A DNA stretch of 64,000 bases from assembly GCA_046048995.1 (NCBI GenBank), contig JBJOEZ010000001.1:95479-159478 (forward strand), written 5' to 3'. The position numbers and the translations under genes are program-made. Position 1 is the stretch's first letter. Every line of letters starts with the position of its first letter. The notes beneath the pieces are model-generated. The model was not told the origin of the DNA and did not search any database. It saw only the letters and a list, made by a program, of their open reading frames with translations. This document shows, piece after piece, positions 50,302 through 61,327 of the stretch. The stretch is from Verrucomicrobiota bacterium. GTDB lineage: Bacteria; Verrucomicrobiota; Verrucomicrobiia; Limisphaerales; JADJPG01.

Positions 50302-50416
50302 GGCGCGCGGGCGTCCCGCCCGCTTCAGCCGAACTGTTTTCCCAAGGGTCAAACCCTCAGGGCATCCTTTCGCCTGGCACGTCGCCCCCATTAAGCGCAC
50401 GGGACGCCCGCCCGCC
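50302..50416. repeat. Inverted pair of REP-like elements (GGCGCGCGGGCGTCCCGCCCGCTT family)
   Basis: Copy at 50302-50325 and inverted copy at 50393-50416 (21/24 match). Confidence 0.65.
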
Positions 50417-50418
50417 GG

Positions 50419-50727
50419 TCAGCGGCGATCCTGGGGTTTGCCGGGCAGGTCCCCCCGGCGGTAGGCGTCGAGGTAACGGTTGAGCAGGGCGGCCTGATCC
50501 GGCTTCAGCTTGGACTTCCGGTTCATCTTGTCCATCCACGTCCGCCATTCCGGCTCGGTGTAACCCTTGGGCTCGTAGAACTGGTGGCATTTGGCGCATT
50601 TGGCCACGTAGACGCCGCGGGCGGCGGAGAGTTCCCGGGGTTGCAGGCCGCCGACGGTGGCCGCCGCCGCAACGGCGGGCAACCAGGACAGGGCGAGGAG
50701 CGCCGCGATGGCCGGGGCGGGGCGCAT
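50419..50727 (-). CDS. Small exported monoheme c-type cytochrome
   Basis: Signal peptide, CAKCH, downstream YTEPEW..WMDKM with candidate axial Met. Confidence 0.8.
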   Translation of the reverse strand: MRPAPAIAALLALSWLPAVAAAATVGGLQPRELSAARGVYVAKCAKCHQFYEPKGYTEPEWRTWMDKMNRKSKLKPDQAALLNRYLDAYRRGDLPGKPQDRR

Positions 50728-50735
50728 GGGGCGGC

Positions 50736-51551
50736 TCAGAACCCGATGCCGAACAGCAGCCGGATGTTCAGCCGCTCATGTCCGGCGAGATCGAGGCTGC
50801 TGCTGCCGTCCTCAACCCCGTTGTGATTCCAGCCGCGGATTTGGGGCATGACCGTGAGGGCCGCCCACCATTTTTCCTGGCGGTAGCCGACGACCGGTCC
50901 CATGAACAGGGCGGTTTCCTCCCATTCCTCATACTCGGAAATGACGCTTTCGCTGCGCACTTCCAAGCCGAGCGACCAATGGTGCCCGAGGTCACGGGTC
51001 AGGCCGAAGCTGGCCCCGGCCTTGCCCTCCACGGTCTCGAGGTTGTCCTCCCATTCCGTCTCATGCTCCAGGTTCAGGGCCCATTTCCAGTTTCCATGGC
51101 GCTGGCCGAGGATGATCTTCTGCTCGACCGCAGCCTCCTCGCCCGAGTAACGGCCCTCGAGGTAGAGGGTGACGCCAATGGGGTGGTCGGCGGGGTTGAC
51201 CACGTTGAACCGGTTCTCGAGGGAAAGGCCCTTCCAGACGAAGTCCGAGATGTCCCCCCCGGCGGCGTCGCGGTAGCTTTCCGCCTTCTCGTTGAGGTAG
51301 AGGGCGGCCGTGTAGTAATCCGTGACCCCGTATTCCAGCTCCTGGCGGAGGTCCCAGCGATTGTAGTTTTCCTTCCCCACCTCCTCGCTGCGGCCGGCAC
51401 GCAGGGTGGTCCAGTTCTCGAACTCCAGCGCCCCGGCCGGGAGCGTCTCGGGCTCGTAGACATAGGTGAAGCGGCGCTCGTGGGCCGGGAGGGCGGCGGT
51501 GCCCAGCCCCAGGGCCAGGAGGGTGAGCGGAAGGAGGTGTTTGCTGTGCAT
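50736..51551 (-). CDS. Outer-membrane beta-barrel protein (DUF6662-like)
   Basis: Signal peptide, RRFTYVYEPETLP, ELEYGVTD, alternating beta strands, C-terminal RLLFGIGF. Confidence 0.75.
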   Translation of the reverse strand: MHSKHLLPLTLLALGLGTAALPAHERRFTYVYEPETLPAGALEFENWTTLRAGRSEEVGKENYNRWDLRQELEYGVTDYYTAALYLNEKAESYRDAAGGDISDFVWKGLSLENRFNVVNPADHPIGVTLYLEGRYSGEEAAVEQKIILGQRHGNWKWALNLEHETEWEDNLETVEGKAGASFGLTRDLGHHWSLGLEVRSESVISEYEEWEETALFMGPVVGYRQEKWWAALTVMPQIRGWNHNGVEDGSSSLDLAGHERLNIRLLFGIGF

Positions 51552-51700
51552 GGGGCGCAGTCTGCCCGAGTCCTGCCGGTCGGCGCTAACGGTCGCTTGC
51601 GAATTGTTGTCGGCCGCTTGCGGTTCCTGGGTCCCCGGCCGCCCGGGTCCTGCAGATCGTGCTTCCCAAACCGGCGCATCACGGCCGAAACTCCGCGGCC

Positions 51701-52291
51701 ATGAACCACGTGGACCCGGCCTGGAACGAACTGCGCGACCTGCTCAAGAAGAAGAGCATCTTCTACGGGGACTTCACCCTGGCCTCGGGGGCGAAGAGCA
51801 AATTCTACTTCGATTGCCGGCTGACCACCCTGGACGGGCGCGGGGCGACCCTGGTGGGCACGCTGCTGCATGCGTTGATCCGGCGCGAGGAGGCGGCGCG
51901 CGGGCTGCGGTTGGACGGCGCGGGCGGGCTGACCATGGGGGCGGATCCGCTGGCCCTGGCAACGGCGATGCGGTCGCAGGCGGCGGGCGATGCGCGTCCG
52001 CTCAACGCCTTCTGCGTGCGCAAGGCGCCGAAGGCGCACGGGCAGGGGCGCCAGGTGGAGGGGAATTTCAAGAGCGGCGACACCGTGGTGGTGCTGGACG
52101 ACGTGGTGACGCGCGGGGACTCGACCCTGGCGGCCATCGAGGCCGTGCAGCGGGAGGGCGGCAAGGTGGCCTTCGTGGCCGTGCTGGTTGACCGGCAGGA
52201 GGGCGGGCGCGACAAGATCGAGAAGCTGGGCTTCCCGGTGGTCTCGTTGTTCAAGCGCGACGACCTGCTCGATCCCGCCAGGCTGGCCTGA
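51701..52291 (+). CDS. pyrE: Orotate phosphoribosyltransferase
   Basis: GDFTLASG.KS.FYFD, VRKAPKAHG, VVLDDVVTRGDS, LVDRQEGG. Confidence 0.95.
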   Translation: MNHVDPAWNELRDLLKKKSIFYGDFTLASGAKSKFYFDCRLTTLDGRGATLVGTLLHALIRREEAARGLRLDGAGGLTMGADPLALATAMRSQAAGDARPLNAFCVRKAPKAHGQGRQVEGNFKSGDTVVVLDDVVTRGDSTLAAIEAVQREGGKVAFVAVLVDRQEGGRDKIEKLGFPVVSLFKRDDLLDPARLA

Positions 52292-52313
52292 GGGCGGGCG
52301 GGGCGCGCCCGCC

Positions 52314-55300
52314 TCATTCCTCGCTGAAGAGGTATTCGAGGTCGGTCTGGCTGAGGCTCTTGGCGAAGCCCTCCTCGCCGAGGACATCGGCGATGGCCTG
52401 CGCCTTGCGCTGCTGGAGATCCCAGATTTTTTCCTCGACCGTGCCCGGGGTGATGAGGCGGTAGGCGTGGACGGTGCGGGTCTGGCCGATGCGATGGCTG
52501 CGGTCGATGGCCTGGGCCTCGACGGCGGGGTTCCACCAGGGGTCGTAGAGGACGACGTAGCTGGCGTTGGTGAGGTTGAGGCCGGTGCCGGCGGCGCGGA
52601 GGCTGAGGAGGAAGACGGCGGCCTGCTGGTCGTCCTGGAACCCCTGCACGACGGCCTGGCGTTCCTTGGTTTCGCCGGTGAGGACGTGGGTGGAGACGCC
52701 GCGGGTTTTGCACTCGGCCTCGAGGAGGCGGAGCATCTGGACGAACTGGGAGAAGATGAGGACCTTCTGGCCCTCCTGGAGCAGGGGCTCGAGCAGCTCG
52801 AAGAGGGTGTCGGTCTTGCCGCTGATGGAGTCGTTGCCGACGAGCTGGGGGTGGCAGCAGATCTGGCGCAGGCGGGTGAGGGCGGCCAGCACGTGCATCT
52901 TGGACTTGGCCAGGCCCTTCTCGGCCACGGCCTGCATGACCTGATCGCGGCTGCGGCGCAGCTCGGCCAGGTAGAGCCTGCGCTGGGCCTCGCCCAGCTC
53001 GCAGTCGCGCCGGACCTCGATGCGGTCGGGGAGATCCTTGGCCACCTGGCTCTTGATGCGGCGGAGCATGAGGGGGCGGAGCTTCGCGCTGAGGCGGCGG
53101 CGCGCGATGCGCTGGGCGTCCACGCCCTCCTCCCCGTCGCCCTTCGGCTCGTAGGTCTGGGTGAAATGCTCCTGGGTGCCGAGGTAGCCGGGCTGGATGA
53201 AGTCCGTGATGCTCCAGAGGTCCATCAGCCGGTTTTCCAGCGGGGTGCCGGTGAGGGCCAGGCGCTGGTCGGCCTTCAGCTGCTTGACCGACTGGGTGAC
53301 CTGGGCGGTGGGGTTCTTGATGAACTGGGCCTCGTCGAGGATGACGGCGCTGAAGGGGAACTTCTGCAGGTCGTTGAGGTCGCGCCGGAGCAGGGCGTAA
53401 TTGGTGACGATGATGTCGTGCTGGGGGATCTGCTTGCGCAGGTTGTGGCGGGCGGCGCCGCTCTGGAGCACGAGGACCTTGAGGTGGGGCGTGAACCGCT
53501 CCGCCTCGCGCCGCCAGTTGTGGAGGACGGAGGCCGGGCAGATGACGAGGGCCGGCTTGGACTTTTTCCCCTGGTGTTCCTTGAGCCAGGCCAGCCAGGA
53601 CAGGGTCTGCAGGGTTTTCCCGAGGCCCATGTCGTCGGCCAGGATGCCGCCGAGGCGGGTCTCGGTGAGGTGGCAGAGGAAGTTGAAGCCCTCCTTCTGG
53701 TAGGGGCGCAGCTCGGCCTGGATGCCGGAGGGCAGGCCCTGGTCGGGAATGCCCTCGAAGTTGGCCAGCTTCTGCTTCAGCGCCTTGGCCTCCGGGCTGT
53801 CGCTGAAGCGCTTGAGGCCGGCGTCGTCGAGGTGCGCGGCCTGCTCGAGTCCCAGCTTCACCGTGGTGGGGCTGAGTTCGTCGACGCCCAGATCGGCCAT
53901 GGTCTCATGGGCAATCTGCACGGCCTGGGTGTCCAGCTCGACCCAGCCGGCGTCAGGCAGCTTGACGAACCGGCTGGTGGCCACCGCCAGGCGCTGCAGG
54001 TCGGCCGGCGTCAGCTTCATGCCCTCCTGCTCCCACTCGGTCGACACGCTGAACCAGTCGATGCCGCTGCCCTTGACCACGAGCATGGGCTTGAGCTGGC
54101 GCGGGGAGAGGAAGAGGCGCTGGAAGGCGGGGTTGCCGAGGTATTCGGCCTGGCGGGGCTTGTCCGGCCAGGCCCGCGAGAGGGTGCCGAGGAAGGCCTC
54201 GTTCGCGTCGCCCACCCACATCCCGGGCTCGGGCGTGAACCAGTCCAGCCGCCGCAGCCATTCCACCGCGGCGTCCAGGCGCGGGTCCTCCAGCACCTCC
54301 GGCTTGTCGGACTTGCGGGCGCCGGGGGTGTCGAGGGTCCATTCCTGGCCGGTCCAGTGCCAGACGCTGCCATCACGCTCGCTGCGCGCGAGCAGGCGCA
54401 GGCGGACGGTTTCCTCGGTCAGCTCGAAGAGGAACTGCGGCTGGGCCCGGTGCGAGACGCACAGCTGTTCCCAGTCCACCTGGCCCTGGCCGTGGTTCCG
54501 GCGCAGCTGGGTCCGGAAACGATGGCTGAGCTTGCGCACGGGCACGCTGGGGTTCTCCGCCCAATACTCGAGGAGGGAGGCCGGCGGGACGTTGCGCAGC
54601 AGGTAAAAGGTGTTGCCCAGGAGGACGAGCGCGGGGCGCCCGGCCAGGAAGCGGGCCTCGGCCAGCGGGTGGCTGGCCCCGTCGGGCAGGGTGACGCGCT
54701 GGGCGAAGGTGAGCTCGCTGGAGCCGTTCTCCAGGTGGGGGGTGAGCCCGGCCAGTTGCCCGTGGAATTCGATGTGGCGTCCCTCCAGCTCCAGCCGGGG
54801 ATGATGCCCCCAGCGGGCCAGCCACTCCAGCAGCTCCAGCCCGCGCAGGACGAGCCCGTCGCGGCCGTCCTCCGCGTCCGCGAATTCCTCGGCCAGCCAC
54901 TGGATGAACTCCCAGTCGTCCTGGGAAAAGAGCTCCTGCTCATGGGCGGCCCGGGTGGTCAGTTCGACGATCTCGGACAGCGGCCGGATTTTCTCGCCGC
55001 TGCGGGACCGGAACAGGCTGAGCCGCACGCGCAGGTCGTGGAGCCAGGGCTGGCCCCGGCGGGGTTCCACCGCGCAGAGCACGCGCAGCGAGGCGCGCGG
55101 CCCGTCCAGGTGGGAGGGAGCCGGCGGGAAGAGCCAGTGTTCCAGTTCCTGCAGCCGCTGCTGCTCGGTCTCCGCCTTCTCCAGCTCGGCAAAGCGCTCG
55201 GGGCTGGCGTGGGAAAGCAGCTCGGTCGGCAGGGGCCGGTTGGCGCGCAGGAAGAGCAGGGCCACCTCTTCCAGGCGGCCCTTGCCGTGCGCCGCCAGCA

Positions 55301-55583
55301 CCCGCGGCCACCAGTCCGCCCCGCCAAAATCCTTCCGCGACAGCGACAGCTTCTCGAAGTAGTCCTCCAGCAGCAGCCACGCGCGCTGCGAGTCCGCGCA
55401 GGTGGAAAACAGCCTCAGGGTCTCGTCCCGCTCCGCCACGGCCGTCTTCGAGTCCGCCAGTTCCCGGCGCAGGTCGGCCAGCGCCCCGTAGGTCTTCGAG
55501 AGCACCGCCTGGTGGGCGTCATATTTGGTGGCTGCAGAAACGGAACGCGCGGCGCGTCCATGCTTGATCGCGATTTTGGGCAT
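52314..55583 (-). CDS. SNF2/SWI2-family DEAD/H ATPase
   Basis: LRPYQ, ADDMGLGKT, ILDEAQFIKN, LTGTPLEN, LIFSQF, WWNPAVEAQAIDRSHRIGQ; start inferred. Confidence 0.93.
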   Translation of the reverse strand: MPKIAIKHGRAARSVSAATKYDAHQAVLSKTYGALADLRRELADSKTAVAERDETLRLFSTCADSQRAWLLLEDYFEKLSLSRKDFGGADWWPRVLAAHGKGRLEEVALLFLRANRPLPTELLSHASPERFAELEKAETEQQRLQELEHWLFPPAPSHLDGPRASLRVLCAVEPRRGQPWLHDLRVRLSLFRSRSGEKIRPLSEIVELTTRAAHEQELFSQDDWEFIQWLAEEFADAEDGRDGLVLRGLELLEWLARWGHHPRLELEGRHIEFHGQLAGLTPHLENGSSELTFAQRVTLPDGASHPLAEARFLAGRPALVLLGNTFYLLRNVPPASLLEYWAENPSVPVRKLSHRFRTQLRRNHGQGQVDWEQLCVSHRAQPQFLFELTEETVRLRLLARSERDGSVWHWTGQEWTLDTPGARKSDKPEVLEDPRLDAAVEWLRRLDWFTPEPGMWVGDANEAFLGTLSRAWPDKPRQAEYLGNPAFQRLFLSPRQLKPMLVVKGSGIDWFSVSTEWEQEGMKLTPADLQRLAVATSRFVKLPDAGWVELDTQAVQIAHETMADLGVDELSPTTVKLGLEQAAHLDDAGLKRFSDSPEAKALKQKLANFEGIPDQGLPSGIQAELRPYQKEGFNFLCHLTETRLGGILADDMGLGKTLQTLSWLAWLKEHQGKKSKPALVICPASVLHNWRREAERFTPHLKVLVLQSGAARHNLRKQIPQHDIIVTNYALLRRDLNDLQKFPFSAVILDEAQFIKNPTAQVTQSVKQLKADQRLALTGTPLENRLMDLWSITDFIQPGYLGTQEHFTQTYEPKGDGEEGVDAQRIARRRLSAKLRPLMLRRIKSQVAKDLPDRIEVRRDCELGEAQRRLYLAELRRSRDQVMQAVAEKGLAKSKMHVLAALTRLRQICCHPQLVGNDSISGKTDTLFELLEPLLQEGQKVLIFSQFVQMLRLLEAECKTRGVSTHVLTGETKERQAVVQGFQDDQQAAVFLLSLRAAGTGLNLTNASYVVLYDPWWNPAVEAQAIDRSHRIGQTRTVHAYRLITPGTVEEKIWDLQQRKAQAIADVLGEEGFAKSLSQTDLEYLFSEE

Positions 55584-55670
55584 CTTCAGCTGTGGAATCC
55601 TGAGAACAGGTATTATCTCCCAAAGAACTCCCGCCATGGTCAACACGAATCACGGGCATGCACGCGACCT

Positions 55671-55695
55671 GGCGCGCGGGCCTCCGGCCCGCTTG
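55671..55695 (+). repeat. REP-like element, identical to the copy at 61915-61939
   Basis: GGCGCGCGGGCCTCCGGCCCGCTTG, 25/25 identity. Confidence 0.7.
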
Positions 55696-55812
55696 AACCG
55701 CACCATCCTCCCCAGGGAACATTCCGACCCAACGCGGGCCCTCCGTGCGCCTCTGGCTTTTGCACCACCCCCCAACCGGGCGTGCGCGGTAGGCGGGCCG
55801 GTCTCCCTTCTC

Positions 55813-57282
55813 CTACGCGAGGATGTCGCGGATCACCTCGCCATGCACGTCGGTCAGGCGGCGATCGACGCCGTTGTGGCGGAAGGTCAGCCGCTCATGG
55901 TCGAGGCCCAGCAGGTGCAGGATGGTGGCGTGCACGTCGTAGCAGTAGGTCACGTCCTCCACCGCGCGGTAGCTCCAGTCGTCGGTGGCCCCGTGGCTCA
56001 CCCCGCCCCGGATGCCGCCGCCGGCCAGCCAGTTCGTGAACCCGAACGGGTTGTGGTCCCGTCCCTTGCTCCCCTGGCTGCAGGGCATGCGCCCAAACTC
56101 GGTCGTCCACAGCACAATCGTGTCCTCCAGCAACCCGCGCGCCTTCAGGTCCAGCAGCAGCGCGGCCGCCCCCCGGTCCATGCTGGTCGCCATGTCCAGG
56201 TGGTCCCGGGCCAAATCCTCGTGGCTGTCCCAGTTCCGGCGCGGGAACCCGTTGTCCGCCCCGCTCCAGACCTGCACGAAGCGCACCCCGCGCTCGAGCA
56301 GCCGGCGCGCAATCAGGCAGCGCGTCCCGAAATCGCGCGTGCGGTCCTCGTCCACCCCGTAGAGCCGCCGTGTCGCCGCCGTCTCGCCGCGCAGGTCCAT
56401 CACCTCGGGCGCGCTCAGCTGCAGCCGCGCGGCCAGCTCATAGCTGGCCACCCGGGCGTCCAGCCGCGAGTCCCCCTCGCGCTGCGCCGCATGGTCGCGG
56501 TTGAGCGACTGGATGAGCGCCAGGCCCTCGCGCTCGGCCGCGGGGGTGATGAACCCCGCCGACGCCGGCGGGAACAGGTTGAAGATCGGGTTGGGTTGCC
56601 CGGCCCGGATCATCGTGCCCTGGTGGGTGGCCGGCAGGAACCCCGCCCCCCAGTTGGCCGGGCCGTTCGGCGCAAACCCGCGCGCGTCCGGCAGCACGAC
56701 AAACGTGGGCAGGTTCTGGTTGAGCGATCCCAGCCCGTAGCTGACCCACGCGCCCATCCCGGGAAAGCCCGGCAGGACAAAGCCGGTCGCCTGCATGAAG
56801 GTGGCCGGGCCGTGCACGTTCGACTTGGACACCATCCCGTGCAGGAACGCGATGTCGTCCGCGCAGGCCCCCAGGTGCGGCACCAGGTCCGAGATCCTCT
56901 TCCCGCAGCGCCCGCGCGGCCGCCAGTCCCAGGGCGACTTGAAGACGACGCCCGGGTCGCTCTGGAACAGTTCCACCGGGCCGCCCGGGTCGAACTTCTG
57001 CCCGGCCCGCGCGATCAACTGCGGCTTGTAATCGAAGGTGTCGCACTGGCTGGCCGCCCCGGACATGAACAGCTGCACCACCCGCCTGGCCCGGGGTCGA
57101 TGATGCGGCAGGGGCGCCGTCCCCGCGCCCGGCGCGGTTTCGGCCAGCAGGCGGTCCGCCCCCAGCATCTGCGCGAGCGCAATCCCGCCCAGCCCGCCCC
57201 CCAGGCGCCAGAGAAAGTCCCGGCGCGACCCCGCGCCCGGCGCGCCCGCGGGCCCGTCCTTCGGCTGCAGCGGGGTGCTCAT
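55813..57282 (-). CDS. DUF1501 family protein (Tat signal)
   Basis: [42 protein letters not shown]. Confidence 0.93.
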   Translation of the reverse strand: MSTPLQPKDGPAGAPGAGSRRDFLWRLGGGLGGIALAQMLGADRLLAETAPGAGTAPLPHHRPRARRVVQLFMSGAASQCDTFDYKPQLIARAGQKFDPGGPVELFQSDPGVVFKSPWDWRPRGRCGKRISDLVPHLGACADDIAFLHGMVSKSNVHGPATFMQATGFVLPGFPGMGAWVSYGLGSLNQNLPTFVVLPDARGFAPNGPANWGAGFLPATHQGTMIRAGQPNPIFNLFPPASAGFITPAAEREGLALIQSLNRDHAAQREGDSRLDARVASYELAARLQLSAPEVMDLRGETAATRRLYGVDEDRTRDFGTRCLIARRLLERGVRFVQVWSGADNGFPRRNWDSHEDLARDHLDMATSMDRGAAALLLDLKARGLLEDTIVLWTTEFGRMPCSQGSKGRDHNPFGFTNWLAGGGIRGGVSHGATDDWSYRAVEDVTYCYDVHATILHLLGLDHERLTFRHNGVDRRLTDVHGEVIRDILA

Positions 57283-58775
57283 GCGGTGAGGATCTCCCGG
57301 ATGACATGCCCATGCACGTCGGTGAGGCGGCGTTCGGTGCCGTCGTGGTAGAAGGACAGGCGCTCGTGGTCGAGGCCGAGCAGGTGGAGGAGGGTGGCGT
57401 GCAGGTCGTAGATGGTGCAGACGCGGTCGACGGACTTGTAGCCGAACTCGTCGGTGGCGCCGTGGCTGTAGCCGCGCTTCACGCCGGCGCCGGTGAGCCA
57501 GACGGTGAATGCATGGGGGTTGTGGTCGCGGCCGCTGGCGCCCTTCTGGAAGGTCGGCATGCGGCCGAACTCGGTCACCCAGGCCACCACCGTTTCCTCC
57601 AGCAGGCCGCGCGCGCGCAGGTCGCGCAGGAGGGCGGCGCAGGGCTGGTCGAGGATGGGCGCGTGCACCTCGTATTGCTTGCGCAGCGTCTTGTGGCCGT
57701 CCCAGTTGCCCACCCCTTCGCCCATGGCGTAGGCGCCGTTGAAGAGCTGGACGAACCGCACGCCGCGCTCGAGCAGGCGGCGCGCAAGCAGGCAGTTGCG
57801 GGCAAACCCGGCCTTGAGGCGGTTGGGATCGTCGAGGCCGTAGAGGGCGCGGGTGGCCGGGCTTTCGCCGGAGAAGTCGCCCACCTCGGCCGCGCTCAGC
57901 TGCATGCGCGCCGCGAGCTCGTAGCTGGCGATGCGGGCGCTCAGCCCGCCGTCGCCCGGGTGCCGGGCGAGGTGGCGATCGTTGAGCAGCCTGAGGAAAT
58001 CCCGCGAGGCCCGCTCGCGCCCGGGCGGGATCCCGGCCGGGGTGGCCAGGTTCGGGATCGGCTGGTCGGCATTGAAGGCCGTGCCCTGGAACACGGCCGG
58101 CAGGAAGGCGGAGTTCCAGTGGTTGGGCCCGACCTGCGGCACGCCGCGCGGATCCGGGATGGCCACGAAGGCCGGCAGGTCCTGGTTCTCCGTGCCCAGC
58201 GCGTAGCTCACCCACGCGCCCATGCTCGGGAAGCCGTCCAGGATGAACCCGGTGCTCATCTGGTTCTCCGCCGGCCCGTGCGTGTTCGACCGCGCGGTCA
58301 TGGAGTGGACGAAGCACAGGTCGTCGGCCAGCTCCGCCAGGTGCGGGAGCAGGTCGGAAATCATTTTCCCCGACTGCCCGCGCGGGCGGAACTCCCAGTG
58401 CGGCCGCGCCAGGTTGCCATTCTCGCCCTGGAAGGTGACCAGCTTGTCCAGGCCCGGCATGGGCTGGCCGTCGCGCCGGAACAGCTCCGGTTTCCAGTCC
58501 CACGTCTCCAGGTGCGAACAGGCTCCCGAGCAGAAGATGACCAGGATGTTCTTCGCCCGCGGCTTGAAGTGCGGCGCCCGCGGCGCCTGCGGCCGGTCCG
58601 GGCTCCAGGCGGGCCGCAGGGGGCCCCTGGCCGCGTCCTGCGCCAGCAGACCCTGCTCGCCCAGCAGCGCCGCCAGGGCCAGCCCGCTCAGGCCGGTGCC
58701 CCCAAACCGCAGGAAGTCCCGGCGGTCCAGCATCCAGCGTCCGGCATGGCTCAGGTCGGGCGTCATCGGTCGCAT
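57279..58775 (-). CDS. DUF1501 family protein (Tat signal)
   Basis: [42 protein letters not shown]. Confidence 0.93.
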   Translation of the reverse strand: MRPMTPDLSHAGRWMLDRRDFLRFGGTGLSGLALAALLGEQGLLAQDAARGPLRPAWSPDRPQAPRAPHFKPRAKNILVIFCSGACSHLETWDWKPELFRRDGQPMPGLDKLVTFQGENGNLARPHWEFRPRGQSGKMISDLLPHLAELADDLCFVHSMTARSNTHGPAENQMSTGFILDGFPSMGAWVSYALGTENQDLPAFVAIPDPRGVPQVGPNHWNSAFLPAVFQGTAFNADQPIPNLATPAGIPPGRERASRDFLRLLNDRHLARHPGDGGLSARIASYELAARMQLSAAEVGDFSGESPATRALYGLDDPNRLKAGFARNCLLARRLLERGVRFVQLFNGAYAMGEGVGNWDGHKTLRKQYEVHAPILDQPCAALLRDLRARGLLEETVVAWVTEFGRMPTFQKGASGRDHNPHAFTVWLTGAGVKRGYSHGATDEFGYKSVDRVCTIYDLHATLLHLLGLDHERLSFYHDGTERRLTDVHGHVIREILTA

Positions 58776-61312
58776 CAGAACACGTAAACGAACTCGTTCG
58801 CGTTGAACAGGGCCCGGCAGAAGGCGGGCAGGCCCTCGGCGCGAATGAGCGCCGCGGCGGCGGCCAGTTCCGCCGCGTCCGGCGCGCGCTGGAAGGCCAG
58901 GGCGAACCCGCGCCGGGCCTGGGCTTCCGCGCCGGCGCCCGCCTCCCGCTCCAGCCGCTCCGCCAGGAACCCCGCCGCCTGCCCCATGAACCCGCTGTTC
59001 CACAGGTTCAACGCCTGCAGGGGCGTCGTGCTCCGCGTCCGGCGCGCCGCCGGCTGGCCCGCGTCCGGGCAGTCGAACGCCCCAAACACCCCGTCCGGCC
59101 GCTGCCGCACCACGGTCGCGTAAATCATGCGCCGGAAATCGTTCGACCCAAAGGTGTCCTTCGGCGTGTAGACCCGGACGTAATTGTCGTTCGGCACAAA
59201 GGGCGACCAGCCCGGTCCCCCCATGCGCAGGTCCAGCCGGCCGCCCACCGCCAGGATGCTGTCCCGGATGCACTCGGCGTCCAGCCGGTGCGCGTTCATC
59301 CGCCAGAGCAGCCGGTTGTCGGGGTCCGCGACGTCGCGCCCCGACGTCCGCGCGTCGGCGGCCTGGCGGTAGGTGGCGGAGGTGACGATCAGCCGGTGGA
59401 TGGGTTTCATCCGCCAGCCGCCCCGGATCAGCTCGCCGGCCAGCCAGTCGAGCAGTTCGGGGTGGGTGGGCCGGGCGCCGTGCCGGCCGAAGTCGCTCGG
59501 GGTGGCCACGAGGCCCTCGCCGACGTGATGCTGCCATAGGCGGTTGACCAGGACGCGCGCGGTCAGGGGGTTCGCGGGCGAGGCGATCCAGCGGGCGAGG
59601 GCCAGGCGTCGTTCCTGTTCCGGGGTGTTGGTGGCAAGGGTGGACGGCGCCCCGGCGCGGAAGGCGGCGAAGGTGAGGGTGCCGGGCGCGACCACGGGGC
59701 CGGGGTGCATGGGGTCGCCGCGATGGAACCGATGCGTGGGGGGCGGCGCCTTGAACTCGCCGGCGTAGACCATGGGGCGGGCCTTGAGCTGGCGCAGCGA
59801 ATCGGCCAGGCGCTGGCGCTCGGCGGCGAGCGCGGCGGCCTGGCGGGCCTGGCCGGGCGCGAGGTGATGGGTGATCATCGCCACCGGCGCGGCCCCGCGC
59901 GCGTAGGGCTGCCGGTCGGCCGAGGACGCCACCGTGCGCCAGGCGCCCGCGCCGTCATCGACCTCGATGCGGTAGCGGGTGGGCAGCCGGTCCTGGAACC
60001 GTTGCTCGCGGTCCCGGCCCCAGACCAGGCGGTGCAGGGTGACGGGGGCGGGGAACTGAAGCTCCACCCAGCCGCGGCCGCGCTCGTTGGAGATCCAGCT
60101 GCGGCTGTTGCCGAGCTGACCGTCGTTGATGTGCTCGAGGCGGTGGATGGTGGAGTTGGGATAGACACTGGAGGCGGCGGTTTTCACACCCCGGGTGGCC
60201 AGGGCCAGGTTGTTCGTGCTGCCGGGCCCGTAGGCCTCCAGTTCGTCGAGGCACGGCTCGGCGTCGGTGGTGGCCTCGACCGTGAACCGGAGGCGGCGGG
60301 CGGTGACGGGGTCGAAGCGCTCGGTGTTCAGGCGCGGGTGCACGGGGGCGCGCAGGCGGTTGGTGTCGATGCCCGGCCCGGCCTGGGCGGGGGGCTCGAA
60401 CTCCGCCAGGGCCTGTTCCACCTCGGCGAGGCGGCGTCCGGCGGCGCGCTGGCGTTCCTCGCGCGCGGCCGCCTCGGGATCGCGCCGGGGCCGCTCCGCG
60501 TGCTGCACCCCCTCGAACACCGCCTTGACCGCGTAGTAATCATCCTGGGGCACCGGATCAAACTTGTGGTCGTGGCACCGCGCGCAGCCCAGGGTCAGCC
60601 CGAGGAACGCCGTGCCGGTCACCCCCACCATGTCGTGCAGTTCATCGGCGCGCTGGTTGCGCGTGAGGACCACGTCCGGGCTCTTCACCTGGTCCCAGGC
60701 CCCCGCGACCAGGAAACCGGTGGCCTCGTCCGTCCCCAGCGCGTCCCCGGCGAGCTGCTCGAGGATGAACTGGTCGTAGGGCTTGTCCTCGTTGAAGGCG
60801 CGGATGACGTAGTCGCGGTAGGGCCAGGCGTTGGGGCGCGGGTTGTTCATCTCGAACCCGTGCGTCTCCGCGTAGCGGACCACGTCCAGCCAATGGCGCG
60901 CCCAGCGCTCCCCGTGGCGGGGCGAGGCCAGCAGGCGGTCGACCACGCGCTCGTAGGCGTCCGGCGCGCGATCGGCCAGGAAGGCCTCCATCTCCTCCGG
61001 CGTGGGCGGCAGGCCGACCAGGCTGAACTGCGCCCGGCGCAGGAGCGTGCGCGCCTCGGCCGGCGGCGAGGGCTTCAGCCCGGCGGCCGCGCGCCGGGCC
61101 AGGACGAAGGCGTCAATGGGGTTGGTGGAAAATCCCGCCGGCACCCGCGGGACCGGCGGGCGGGAGAGCGGCTGGAAGGCCCAGTGGGCCGCCGGATCCC
61201 CGGCCGCCGCCTCCGCGCCCCGCGCCCCCGGCGCGAGCAGGCCGCCCACGCCCAGCAGGGCCGCGAACGTCCACCGCCGGAGGGCGTGGAGGAGGGGGAA
61301 CGGGTTCCGCAT
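58775..61312 (-). CDS. DUF1549 + discoidin-like insert + DUF1553 protein (no N-terminal cytochrome domain)
   Basis: [29 protein letters not shown]5/8C-like strands, [12 protein letters not shown]-terminal NANEFVYVF. Confidence 0.92.
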   Translation of the reverse strand: MRNPFPLLHALRRWTFAALLGVGGLLAPGARGAEAAAGDPAAHWAFQPLSRPPVPRVPAGFSTNPIDAFVLARRAAAGLKPSPPAEARTLLRRAQFSLVGLPPTPEEMEAFLADRAPDAYERVVDRLLASPRHGERWARHWLDVVRYAETHGFEMNNPRPNAWPYRDYVIRAFNEDKPYDQFILEQLAGDALGTDEATGFLVAGAWDQVKSPDVVLTRNQRADELHDMVGVTGTAFLGLTLGCARCHDHKFDPVPQDDYYAVKAVFEGVQHAERPRRDPEAAAREERQRAAGRRLAEVEQALAEFEPPAQAGPGIDTNRLRAPVHPRLNTERFDPVTARRLRFTVEATTDAEPCLDELEAYGPGSTNNLALATRGVKTAASSVYPNSTIHRLEHINDGQLGNSRSWISNERGRGWVELQFPAPVTLHRLVWGRDREQRFQDRLPTRYRIEVDDGAGAWRTVASSADRQPYARGAAPVAMITHHLAPGQARQAAALAAERQRLADSLRQLKARPMVYAGEFKAPPPTHRFHRGDPMHPGPVVAPGTLTFAAFRAGAPSTLATNTPEQERRLALARWIASPANPLTARVLVNRLWQHHVGEGLVATPSDFGRHGARPTHPELLDWLAGELIRGGWRMKPIHRLIVTSATYRQAADARTSGRDVADPDNRLLWRMNAHRLDAECIRDSILAVGGRLDLRMGGPGWSPFVPNDNYVRVYTPKDTFGSNDFRRMIYATVVRQRPDGVFGAFDCPDAGQPAARRTRSTTPLQALNLWNSGFMGQAAGFLAERLEREAGAGAEAQARRGFALAFQRAPDAAELAAAAALIRAEGLPAFCRALFNANEFVYVF

Positions 61313-61327
61313 GGCCGGGGTGTGCGC

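Noticed and set aside
52188-56039. 1283-aa plus-strand ORF and similar long ORFs (25079-28705 minus, 6063-8231 plus, 47141-49810 minus, 16775-19003 plus)
   Set aside because: Antisense shadows of well-supported genes; stop-codon scarcity is expected at this GC content and no family motifs are present
55813-59537. Apparent 896-aa and 752-aa DUF1501 fusions
   Set aside because: The N-terminal parts are off-frame overlaps of upstream genes; true starts are marked by Tat signals at 57282 and 58775
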